DNA from: a bacterium
Lineage (GTDB): Bacteria > Patescibacteriota > UBA1384 > VFKW01
Assembly (NCBI GenBank): GCA_030647355.1
Contig: JAUSIS010000005.1
Span: forward strand, 1 to 60,893
Direction: 5' to 3'
Length of the DNA stretch: 60,893 nt
A program made the position numbers and the translations under genes. Below, piece after piece: positions 28,170 through 36,812 of the stretch (positions within the stretch are counted from its first letter, which is position 1; every line of letters begins with the position of its first letter). The notes under the pieces are model-generated. The model ran no database searches and had not been told where the DNA came from. It saw only the letters and a list, made by a program, of their open reading frames with translations.

Positions 28170-28584
28170 TAATGATAATTATGTGGTTGAGATCGAAGAT
28201 TTTGCTAGGCGACATTATATAAAATTATTTAACAAAAAATATAAGAAGGCATGGGACATTACAGAGCAAGCAATCTTACGCGAACTTGAAAGAGTTGATA
28301 GGTTGCTTGGTTTTACAGATAAAGCCGAAAAAATAAGTGTTGCAAACGGATGTTGTTTGATTAAACTAAATTTCAAAATCGCCGATACGAATATTTCAGC
28401 AAAAAGTTCCGGTAACAGAGCAATAGTTTTAGTCGATCATACTTCGTTTGTTTGCAAAATTTTACTCGTGTATTCAAAAAATGAGATTAGTCCTCCGAAT
28501 GAAACCCAAAAATGGATGAATAACATAAAGCTGAACTATCCGGCAATATGGAAAATGTTTTATAATAAATGTCAGGAGGACTAG
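28159..28584 (+). CDS. putative cognate toxin (unclassified; RelE/ParE-like C-terminal strand pattern)
   Basis: 141 aa. It overlaps the antitoxin gene by 11 nt. GNRAIVLVDHTSFVCKILLVYSKNE resembles the RelE-superfamily core strands. Confidence 0.5.
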   Translation: MYVNNDNYVVEIEDFARRHYIKLFNKKYKKAWDITEQAILRELERVDRLLGFTDKAEKISVANGCCLIKLNFKIADTNISAKSSGNRAIVLVDHTSFVCKILLVYSKNEISPPNETQKWMNNIKLNYPAIWKMFYNKCQED

Positions 28585-28760
28585 TTGAACTATATAATTC
28601 TTTTTATAACTTTAGCCGTCGGAGCAATCATTGGTTTCGTCGCCGGCTACTTTATCGGCAAGCGGAATAAAACGGAAACATTTGTCAACGCCTGCGCCCA
28701 GCCCTTTCGCCGAAAGAGCTGGACAACTGGGGTGGGGAGCATTAGAACATTAGCATCATT

Positions 28761-28860
28761 GCGAACTTTTTTCTTCCCTCCTTCGCTTTTCAGCTTCGGC
28801 AGGGCAGGCAAAAAAAGTTCGCGCTTCGGAGAGTAAGTTCGACCATTGCAAACAATTCGT
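28761..28860. repeat. mosaic GC-rich repeat family member (long hairpin GCGAACTTTTTT...AAAAAAGTTCGC enclosing ccctccttcgc...ggcagggcaggc)
   Basis: It shares modules with 2153-2199, 26986-27036, 30464-30572 (inverted) and 50105-50282. Confidence 0.65.
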
Positions 28861-28888
28861 TTTTTTAATATTTATTGGAGCTTCGCTC

Positions 28889-28918
28889 TTGACAAGTTCG
28901 GTTTATGTTCGGTATATT
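28889..28918 (+). promoter_or_regulatory. dinB promoter TTGACA-N18-TATATT with direct repeat GTTC-N7-GTTC (GTTCGGT-N4-GTTCGGT) in the spacer
   Basis: Read directly from the sequence. The repeat occupies 28896-28910. Confidence 0.5.
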
Positions 28919-29055
28919 AAATAATGAAAACTTGAAAGATAAAAATTAAAAATCACACATCGTAATTATAAAATTATTCAATATTAGCTTGTATTTTGGA
29001 TTTTGAGCTTTGGATTTGTTTAGAAATTAGTAATTAGAATTTAGGATTTGATCTT

Positions 29056-30285
29056 ATGATTCTGAAAGATATTCCCAAAAACAATCGGTACCTATTTCTC
29101 GACATGAACTCTTTCTTTGCCCGCGTTGAACAACAAGTTCAGCCCGATTATCGAGGCAAGCCGATCTGTGTTAGTCCATATACCGGCGATAGCGGCTGTG
29201 TTATCTCCGCCTCTTACGAAGCCAAAGCCCTTGGCATTCCGGGAGTCTGCCGTGTGAAACAAGCCAAAAGTATCTATCCTAAAATCATAATTCTTCCAGC
29301 CCGTCCCCACCTTTACCGTTTTTATCATGACCAAATTGTACAAAGAATTTATAATTTCACTCCTTTTATTCAGGTTTTGAGTATTGATGAATTTTCCATC
29401 TGCCTTAGTGGTCAGGATGGTCATTACCAAGAAGCGCGCAAAATTGCTTTCGGTCTTAAGTCGGCTATCCAAAAAGAAGTAGGGGATTGGCTTACTTGTT
29501 CTATCGGTATCGGTCCCAATCAATTCCTCGCCAAAATAGCCGGAGAACTTAAAAAACCCGACGGTCTGTTTGAAATAACTCTGGAAAATCTTGAGGAAAT
29601 TTACAACAAAATGAAATTAACTGACTTAACTGGTATCAATTATCGGATGGAGAAGCGTTTAAACTATGCCAATATTTATACTCCGATGGATTTCTACCAA
29701 AAATCCCTTCCTGAACTCTCTCGCCATCTCGGTATAATGGGCAAGGTATGGTATTATCGTCTGCGCGGTTTTGAGATCGAACAGTTGGCTCAAGAAACTA
29801 AAACCATCGGTCACTCACATGTTCTGCCTCCCGAACTGCGCAGCCAAAAAGGCGCCGAAAAAGTTATTATTAAATTAATTGAAAAAATCGGATATCGTCT
29901 CAGACAAGGAGGTTATTGGGCAACTTATCTTTCCCTTGGGATTGGTTATTTAGGGCATCTCCATTGGCATAAGGTAAAAAAAATTTCTCCCTGTAACAAC
30001 AATCGGCAGCTGATTAAATTTGCCCTTGACTTCTTTGCCCAAAGCCCCACCCAAAAACCGTTTTCCATTTATCTTACTACTGGAGGCCTTATTAAAAACC
30101 ATATTCAATCTATTAGTCTTTTTGATAACTTCCGCAAATCCGACTATTTATCTAGAGCGATGGATAAAATCAATGATAAATATGGCGCAACTACAATTCA
30201 AAGTGCGGCCCTTGCCGGCACTTCTTCTGTCGCTCCCGATCGCATTCCTTTTGGCCGTCCCCGTTTTGAAATCCGCAATATGTAA
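29056..30285 (+). CDS. dinB: DNA polymerase IV (Y-family)
   Basis: FLDMNSFFARVEQ...SIDEFS...GIGPNQFLAKIAGELKKPDG are Y-family polymerase motifs. Confidence 0.9.
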   Translation: MILKDIPKNNRYLFLDMNSFFARVEQQVQPDYRGKPICVSPYTGDSGCVISASYEAKALGIPGVCRVKQAKSIYPKIIILPARPHLYRFYHDQIVQRIYNFTPFIQVLSIDEFSICLSGQDGHYQEARKIAFGLKSAIQKEVGDWLTCSIGIGPNQFLAKIAGELKKPDGLFEITLENLEEIYNKMKLTDLTGINYRMEKRLNYANIYTPMDFYQKSLPELSRHLGIMGKVWYYRLRGFEIEQLAQETKTIGHSHVLPPELRSQKGAEKVIIKLIEKIGYRLRQGGYWATYLSLGIGYLGHLHWHKVKKISPCNNNRQLIKFALDFFAQSPTQKPFSIYLTTGGLIKNHIQSISLFDNFRKSDYLSRAMDKINDKYGATTIQSAALAGTSSVAPDRIPFGRPRFEIRNM

Positions 30286-30336
30286 TTGGGATTTACTACT
30301 GAATTATTCTGTAGTAAAATACAAGGGTAAATTAAT

Positions 30337-30408
30337 GCGGGTATCGTATAGTGGCTATTATGCCACCCTTCCAAGGTGGAAACACGGGTTCGACTCCCGT
30401 TACCCGCT
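30337..30408 (+). tRNA. tRNA-Gly (anticodon TCC)
   Basis: Acceptor GCGGGTA/TACCCGC, anticodon arm CCACC-CTTCCAA-GGTGG, T arm ACGGG-TTCGACT-CCCGT. Confidence 0.85.
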
Positions 30409-30454
30409 CTAATAAAAAAGTCTCCTTTGGGAGATTTTTTTATTAGAAGGACAT

Positions 30455-30601
30455 AAACACGGGAATCGAAGGGAACTTTTGCGCGTCCAGTGGACGATGA
30501 GGCGAGTGATTTTAGCGAGCCGGAAGCAAAAGTCCCAGGCTCCGAAGGAGGAGTGAAACGACGGGTGAGGAGGACTCCCGTTACCCGCTCCAATAAAAAA
30601 C
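30455..30601 (+). pseudogene. partial copy of the tRNA-Gly 3' portion, interrupted in the T loop by an approximately 109-nt structured GC-rich insert
   Basis: aaacacggg + [insert 30464-30572] + gactcccgttacccgctc(c)aataaaaaa, compared with aaacacgggttcgactcccgttacccgctctaataaaaaa in the intact gene. Confidence 0.65.
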
Positions 30602-30622
30602 CCTGAGATGATCAGGGTTGGG

Positions 30623-31480
30623 TCACTTTTGCCAGAAAGGAAAATATAAGTCGTCTGGCTTTTTCGTTGTCCCCCAGATCCAACTATCTTTGAAGAATTG
30701 ACCGGCAGGCGTAGGACTGCTATGTACTTTCGTCCCCTTAATCTCCTGATTCCAGGGCTTGATCCGGCAAACCAGCACTGCGTTGCGAACTTTAGCCCAC
30801 GGTTCACTAGAACTTCCCCCGTCCAGATTGCTGGCGTCGTCAAAGCCATTTCGCTTGAGCCATTTTTGAACATTCCATAAACTATCATAGAAGCGAAGCA
30901 GGTAAACCGTATGCTTACCTTTAGTGGCAATGACTGTTCGTAGGCACTTACGATTCCAGTGAGCTTTGGTGAACCCCTGGTAGTCGCGTAAGATGTGACC
31001 ATCCAGTAGAAGTATTGGTCCGCCCTCGATTGCCGAATCGCACCCCTCGGGAATTTTGAAGGCGATTACAACTCCTCCATCAGTCTGGCAGATACGACCT
31101 CGATTTACCGGAGCTGGACACTCCGATAGATCAATGCCGTCCACCATGAAGAGCCCAATCCCGAAACGAACGACGCAGCCATTCCTGCGAACTTGACCGA
31201 AATACCCGCCGTTGATTCCGAAAACTACACGCAGTCCTAGCTCTTCGCGGCCATATTTGATCATAGAAGCGACAGTCTCGCCTCCGGCAAACCTTGCCCG
31301 GACAAAAACCAGCTTGTATGCTCGCGTATCGTACCATTTCTCGCCCTTCGGAGAGGCGATTTTGGACGAGGCGCCATACCCGAAAGCCGACATAGCCAAT
31401 ACCGAAAGGAACAATAACGCTATCTTTTTCAAATCGCCAACCCCCTTAAAGCGCTCTAGATAGTGACCATTATAATTCAA
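30623..31480 (-). CDS. secreted phosphodiester glycosidase (DUF2233/NAGPA-like) family protein
   Basis: Signal peptide, a NLDGGSSS motif, and visibly higher GC than the flanks. Confidence 0.55.
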   Translation of the reverse strand: MNYNGHYLERFKGVGDLKKIALLFLSVLAMSAFGYGASSKIASPKGEKWYDTRAYKLVFVRARFAGGETVASMIKYGREELGLRVVFGINGGYFGQVRRNGCVVRFGIGLFMVDGIDLSECPAPVNRGRICQTDGGVVIAFKIPEGCDSAIEGGPILLLDGHILRDYQGFTKAHWNRKCLRTVIATKGKHTVYLLRFYDSLWNVQKWLKRNGFDDASNLDGGSSSEPWAKVRNAVLVCRIKPWNQEIKGTKVHSSPTPAGQFFKDSWIWGTTKKPDDLYFPFWQK

Positions 31481-31642
31481 ATAAATACGTTTGTGAAATT
31501 ATTCACGAACCACTCATACGATTTGTTTTTATATAACTTATTATCCAATGATTTTGTGAATATACACCAACCCCAAACATTACTATAAGGATTATTAAAA
31601 ATGTGATAAACTCAAAATAGGTTATCAAAGGGAGTATATCTT

Positions 31643-33539
31643 ATGGGTGGTGGAACGCTAAGGCGATCCTTTAGCCGAGATCAATCGGTAAGGGATGCCA
31701 AAATTGCCCCCGGAACGGCTAAGCGTATCTTACATTTTGCGGCACCTTATAAAAAGGTGTTGTTTGTTTTTTTGTTGTTGTCGTTCTGGGTGCATTAATA
31801 AGTGCCGTCAATCCGCTTCTATATCGAGAAATCATCAATAAAGGCATCCTCAACCATAGTTCGGATTTAATAATCCGTTTTGCTCTTTTTATTGCGGGGC
31901 TTGCCATTGTCGACGGCGCCCTGACTTTAGCTGAGCGTTATATATCAGCCAAAATCGGGCAGAGCCTGATTTTCGACATGAGAACCAAAGTCTTTAATCA
32001 AATTCAGCGTATGCCGCTGGCATTTTTTACCCGCGTTCAAACAGGTGCTCTCGTCAGTCGCCTAAACAACGATGTTACTGGGGCACAAGAATCCTTTACA
32101 AACCTTCTTTCTGTAATTGTAGGTAATCTTATTACTGTAATACTGGTCTTAGCTGCTATGTTTTTCCTCTCCTGGAAACTCACATTGATTGCTCTATTGT
32201 TACTCCCTATATTTATTATTCCCGCCGGCTGGCTGGGCAGGCGTCTGCAGAGCATAACCCGCGAAAAATATGAACTCAATGCCAAGATGAATACAACAAT
32301 GGTTGAGCATTTCAATGTTGCAGGCGCTCTTTTATTAAAGTTATTTGGTCATCCCAAAAAAGAAAGCAAAACATTTGCCGAAAAAGCCGGACGTGTTCGC
32401 GATATAGGCGTCATGCAGACCTTATATGGACGCTTTTTTAATGTGGCACTGACCTTACAGCTGCCCTTGCCACTGCCCTGATCTATGGCTGGGGTGGCCT
32501 GATGTCTATTCGAGGAATGCTTGATGTTGGTACGGTCGTAGCTCTTACTGCATATCTTGGTCGGCTATATAGTCCCCTTATATCCCTGTCTAATCTAAAC
32601 CTCGACATAATGACTGTCTTGGTCTCTTTTGAAAGAGTTTTTGAAATTCTCGATCTCTCACCGATGATCAAAGAAAAACCCAATGCTGTTGTAATCCCGC
32701 GCGGCCCAGCCAGTATCGAATTAGAACAAGTATTCTTTGGCTATCCTTCCGCTAAAGAGGTATCGCTTGCCTCGCTGGAATCAGTCGCAGCTCTTGATTG
32801 TACCAAAGAAAAAGAAGTACTCCATAACATCTCCTTTCATGCCAAACCCGGGCAAATTATTGCTTTAGTTGGTCCTTCGGGAGCCGGCAAAACAACTATT
32901 ACCCAATTGGTTGCGCGTCTTTATGACGTTAAAAAGGGCGCTGTTAGGATAAATAATATGGATATTCGAGATGTCACTTTCGATTCCCTGCGCGCTAGTA
33001 TCGGTATGGTCACTCAAGACGCCCATATGTTCCATGAAACAATTAGAGCAAACCTCATGTATGCTAAACCGGACGCATCCGAAGAAGAAATCATACAATC
33101 TCTAAAGTCAGCCCAAATTTATCCACTGATTGAATCTCTTCCCCATGGTCTTGATACGATTGTAGGTGAACGCGGTTACCGTCTTTCTGGCGGAGAAAAA
33201 CAGCGATTAGCTATCGCCCGAATACTCCTCAAGGCGCCGGATATTGTAATTCTCGATGAAGCTACAGCCCACTTAGATTCGGAATCAGAAAAAGCCATCC
33301 AGAGGGCTCTGGAAACTGCCCTAAAAAACCGAACCTCGCTAGTCATAGCTCACCGCCTATCAACGGTTAGAAAAGCTGATCTTATCTTGGTTATCGATCA
33401 GGGCAAAATTGTTGAGAGGGGAAAACACGAAGAACTACTCGATAAAGGTGGCCTATATTCTGAACTATATAAAACCCAATTTTCCGATGAGAAGATAAAA
33501 ATGAAATCAGCTGCCGGACCAGGATTCGAACCTAGATAA
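31643..33539 (+). pseudogene. ABC exporter (fused 6-TM permease + ATPase, MsbA-like) disrupted by two frameshifts
   Basis: Three consecutive frames together encode one protein. The shifts are at the T7 run 31767-31773 and near 32455. The C-terminal ATPase has GPSGAGKTT, LSGGEKQR and ILDEAT. Confidence 0.8.
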
Positions 33540-33581
33540 ACAGCTTCAAAGGCTGCTGTCCTACCATTAGACGATCCGGCA
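33511..33581 (-). tRNA. tRNA-Gln (anticodon TTG)
   Basis: Acceptor TGCCGGA/TCCGGCA, anticodon arm GCAGC-CTTTGAA-GCTGT, T loop TTCGAAT. Confidence 0.8.
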
Positions 33582-33655
33582 ATACTTGAGATTGCTCACT
33601 TATTATACCTCATAGAATTGACTTTTTCAACCGATTATGATAGAATTTTTATTGA

Positions 33656-34164
33656 TCCAAGTAGTCGAAGCAACTACCCCTCACCCTTTAGGGACTGATA
33701 TATTGGCTGGTTTAATCCGATGTATGATAGATTGGTCCATGAAGGGTGAGGGGAGGAAAGTCCGGGCACCAAAGAGCAGCACAGTCGCTAACAGCGACCG
33801 CTCGTAAGGGTAGGGCTAGTGCAACAGAAACAAACCGCCCAGCTCTTTCTAAATTCTTTTAGTCAGTTTAGCGCTATGTAATATATGTTGATGTACTGAA
33901 CACTAACAGAGCTTAGAAAGGGCTGGGTAAGGGTGAAATCGTGAGGTAAGAGCTCACGCATCGCTATGGTGACATAGCGATGGGGTAAACCCTGTGTGGT
34001 GCAAGACAAGTGGCCCAGCCATTTCTAGTCAGCTTATGAATTAAATTTCCACAAGGAAAAATAGTTCTCCGACTGATGGAAATCGGCTCGGTTTCGAAAG
34101 GGCTGGGCTTGTCGCTTAGATAGATGGTTGCCTAAACAGAACCCGGCTTATCGACTGCTTGGAT
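33656..34164 (+). ncRNA. rnpB: RNase P RNA, bacterial type A with expanded helices
   Basis: Universal blocks GAGGAAAGTCCGGGC, ACAGAAACAAACCGCC, GGTAAGGGTGAAA and ACAGAACCCGGCTTA. P1 pairs CCAAGTAGTCGA with TCGACTGCTTGG. Confidence 0.95.
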
Positions 34165-34166
34165 TT

Positions 34167-34766
34167 TTAAATATTTAAAAACCGTTTAATTGGCGCGAAA
34201 CTTTTTCTATGATGCTCGCTAATTCCAAATCTTTCTAATAGCTCTAAATGTAATTTTGTTCCGTAGCCCTTATGAAGATCAAACCGATAATCCGGCATTT
34301 TTTTGTGCAATTCACACATTAAATTGTCCCTATAAACTTTGGCAATGATTGATGCGGCCGCCACTGAGCAGGAAATTGCGTCGCCATTAATAATAGCCAA
34401 GCTGGACAGGGGAGCATCTTTCCATTTCAGCCCATCAATTAATAAATAATCAACTTTTTTCAGTTTCTCAATTGCTCGCCTAAACGCCAAATATGATGCT
34501 TGCTGCAAACCCATCTGATCAATCTCCTCTACCGATGCCGAGCCGATTCCATAATCCACTGCACCAGCTTTAATGATCTTAGCCAAATTTGCTCTTTTTG
34601 TGGGCAATAATTTTTTTGAATCGTCAATCTGGGAAATATATCCCGGCAAAATCACCGCTCCGGCAACCACCGGACCCGCCAAAGGTCCTCGTCCTACTTC
34701 GTCAATCCCGGCAATAAATTTATAGCCTTGTTTCAAGCAATTATTTTCATATTCATAATGAATCAT
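34167..34766 (-). CDS. rnhB: ribonuclease HII
   Basis: GIDEVGRGPLAGPVV and DSKKL motifs. The start is taken at MIHYEY; the longer ORF overlaps the sigma factor gene. Confidence 0.9.
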   Translation of the reverse strand: MIHYEYENNCLKQGYKFIAGIDEVGRGPLAGPVVAGAVILPGYISQIDDSKKLLPTKRANLAKIIKAGAVDYGIGSASVEEIDQMGLQQASYLAFRRAIEKLKKVDYLLIDGLKWKDAPLSSLAIINGDAISCSVAAASIIAKVYRDNLMCELHKKMPDYRFDLHKGYGTKLHLELLERFGISEHHRKSFAPIKRFLNI

Positions 34767-34803
34767 AAAGGTATTATACTGCTCGCAATCAAAAAGACCA
34801 GGC

Positions 34804-35577
34804 CTATGTGGCCTGGTTAGATAGTATGAACTCACTGACTTGTTCTGGATCGTCAATATCTTGCAATAGCTCTTTGATCTTCCTCTTGCAACGCATGAAA
34901 GCGTTGTCAACTGATTTTGCTTTGCATTCAAGGATCTCGGCAATCTCCTTGTAACTATAACCCTCGCAGTATAGCAGAAGACTATGGTATTCGATCGGCG
35001 TCGTTAATAGACGCATAGCGGCGAAGACTTCAGCTACTGTCTGTTTCAAGCCGAAATCAACATCTGCTTCTTCGTCTACCTCGTGTGCGAATATCTCACC
35101 ATCGTCTTCCTGCAACGCCTCAAGACTGAAAGCCTCATTCAGATGGATATGCCATTGCCGCCTTGCAGCCGATACCGTATCCTTAATACTGCCTGCGATA
35201 CATAACCTTGCAAATGGCCTAAAACCACCCGGTGCTCTTTCGCTCTTAAAGTCACGGATTGCCCTGAAGACACCGAAAGCTCCAGCTAGCAGTAGATCGC
35301 TTTTATCCTTCTCCATCCTTGGCAAAAACAACTTCTTTGTTTCGGACAGAATCATCAAGCGACATGCCAGGAGTATTGATTCAAAGGCATCCCGGTTTCC
35401 CTGCTTGGCGATGTAGACTACTTCCAGCACTTCTTGGCTGTAAAGCCATTCATCGCGCGACACATTGTCTTGCTCGTTGAGCCGGCGATATAGGCGCCAC
35501 AATTCGTACTCAACCGACCAGACTCCGCTTAATGAAATGTTCTCCCGGTAGGGAGAACGTGCTATCTCCACTACCAT
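34804..35577 (-). CDS. sigma-70 family RNA polymerase sigma factor (group 3/4-like)
   Basis: Region 4 HTH: YSYKEIAEILECKAKSVDNAFMRCKRKI. The start ATG at 35577 has a GGAGG RBS. The gene is GC-richer than its flanks. Confidence 0.7.
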   Translation of the reverse strand: MVVEIARSPYRENISLSGVWSVEYELWRLYRRLNEQDNVSRDEWLYSQEVLEVVYIAKQGNRDAFESILLACRLMILSETKKLFLPRMEKDKSDLLLAGAFGVFRAIRDFKSERAPGGFRPFARLCIAGSIKDTVSAARRQWHIHLNEAFSLEALQEDDGEIFAHEVDEEADVDFGLKQTVAEVFAAMRLLTTPIEYHSLLLYCEGYSYKEIAEILECKAKSVDNAFMRCKRKIKELLQDIDDPEQVSEFILSNQAT

Positions 35578-35608
35578 AAAAGAACCTCCAAATAAGTTTT
35601 CTGCTGAA

Positions 35609-36727
35609 TTAATATAGCAGAGAAAGACAAAATTGTCCACCCGATGTCCTGGCTGACCACATCGGTAACAAATCCGGACTAAAGTTTAATGTATTTAGAT
35701 AATAAGACATTGGGGTTTCGTAGTCCAGAGTTTGATGCGGTCGGGCAAAATTGTACTCTTCCAACCAGTCAGTCAAAACCCGATTGAATGCATTAACATC
35801 GGGTGTAAAATGACCGTCATTTAACCACTCGTCTTGCAAGGTTTGATTAAATCTTTCGACAATAGCGTTGTCTTCAGGTGTCCTGTTTCGACTAAACCAA
35901 TGAGTTGCTTCTAAGGCAGTAATGGCTTCTTCAAACTCAGCGTAAAATTCGGTTCCATTGTCGGTCTGAACATTAGCCAGCGGCGCGTCAATTAAGTAGT
36001 GGAGGCGGTAAAGAAAGTCCTTGGCTGATCTAGATGATTTGGTTGTGTACATTCTCGCGTAGGCAATTTTGCCGTGATGATCGCAAGCGGTGAGAATGTA
36101 ACGCTTAATATTATTCCAATGAATAACAATTGTATCCAAGTGGAAAAGAAAGAAAATCTTTTCTTCAATAACCAAATTTTGAATGCGGTTTTTCTTCGTC
36201 TGATTCTTTAATTTCTTCTTGTTTTTTTCCTGTTGGATAGGATCTGGGTAAAGGTCGTGTTTTGTAATTACTCTCTCGATTTTCCAAGTTGATATTTGCT
36301 TACCGTATTTATTAAAGTAAAGTTTTTTGATTTTCTTTTTACCGTAGTGAAGATGTTTTTCTCGCAGTTTTTTAATCCGACATTCTTCTTCGAAAGTTAC
36401 TTCCCACTGGCGCAGATGATCAGGCCGAGTTGATTCGTCTTCAAGTTCCTTGACCAGGCCTCCAGCAAAACGCTTACGCCACTTGTAAAAAGTTTTTGGT
36501 GCAATTCCGAAATGATTGGCCGTGTCATAAGCATTTTCCCTACCAACTGTTTCGTAAAAGATCATCCATTCTAAACGAAGACGAGCCGGTGGAGACAGCC
36601 CGATTAGATCGGCTTGTTTGCGCCAGCGAATTGGTTTTGACAGCAGCTCTATTGGTTTTCTTTTAAACTGATTAATAACAAAAGTGGGCTGGATAATGTT
36701 AGCTGGACGCAGATAAATCTGCTGCAT
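35609..36727 (-). CDS. IS481-family-like DDE transposase (rve integrase core)
   Basis: N-terminal HTH. DDE core with HLDT..., DNGTEF and NAIVERFNQTLQDEW. Confidence 0.8.
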   Translation of the reverse strand: MQQIYLRPANIIQPTFVINQFKRKPIELLSKPIRWRKQADLIGLSPPARLRLEWMIFYETVGRENAYDTANHFGIAPKTFYKWRKRFAGGLVKELEDESTRPDHLRQWEVTFEEECRIKKLREKHLHYGKKKIKKLYFNKYGKQISTWKIERVITKHDLYPDPIQQEKNKKKLKNQTKKNRIQNLVIEEKIFFLFHLDTIVIHWNNIKRYILTACDHHGKIAYARMYTTKSSRSAKDFLYRLHYLIDAPLANVQTDNGTEFYAEFEEAITALEATHWFSRNRTPEDNAIVERFNQTLQDEWLNDGHFTPDVNAFNRVLTDWLEEYNFARPHQTLDYETPMSYYLNTLNFSPDLLPMWSARTSGGQFCLSLLY

Positions 36728-36786
36728 CGGTAACTCCTTTTTCTAGTTGATTGGAACTACCAATCATACCAGATTTGTTACCGATG
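35659..36786 (-). mobile_element. IS element (about 1.13 kb) with 16-bp perfect terminal inverted repeats ACATCGGTAACAAATC
   Basis: The left inverted repeat is at 35659-35674 and the right at 36771-36786. The transposase ORF reads through the left repeat. No target-site duplication is evident. Confidence 0.7.
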
Positions 36787-36812
36787 TATCTCAGCTTCCG
36801 CACCCGAAAATA

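Noticed and set aside
28585-28836. 83-aa ORF considered as a full gene
   Set aside because: Only the first 30 or so residues (a TM helix) look protein-like. The remainder is translated from the mosaic repeat. It is kept only as a note under the toxin-antitoxin finding.
34767-34943. N-terminal extension of the rnhB ORF (start at 34943)
   Set aside because: The extension overlaps the 3' end of the sigma factor gene and has no RNase HII homology. The Met at 34766 gives a canonical-length protein.
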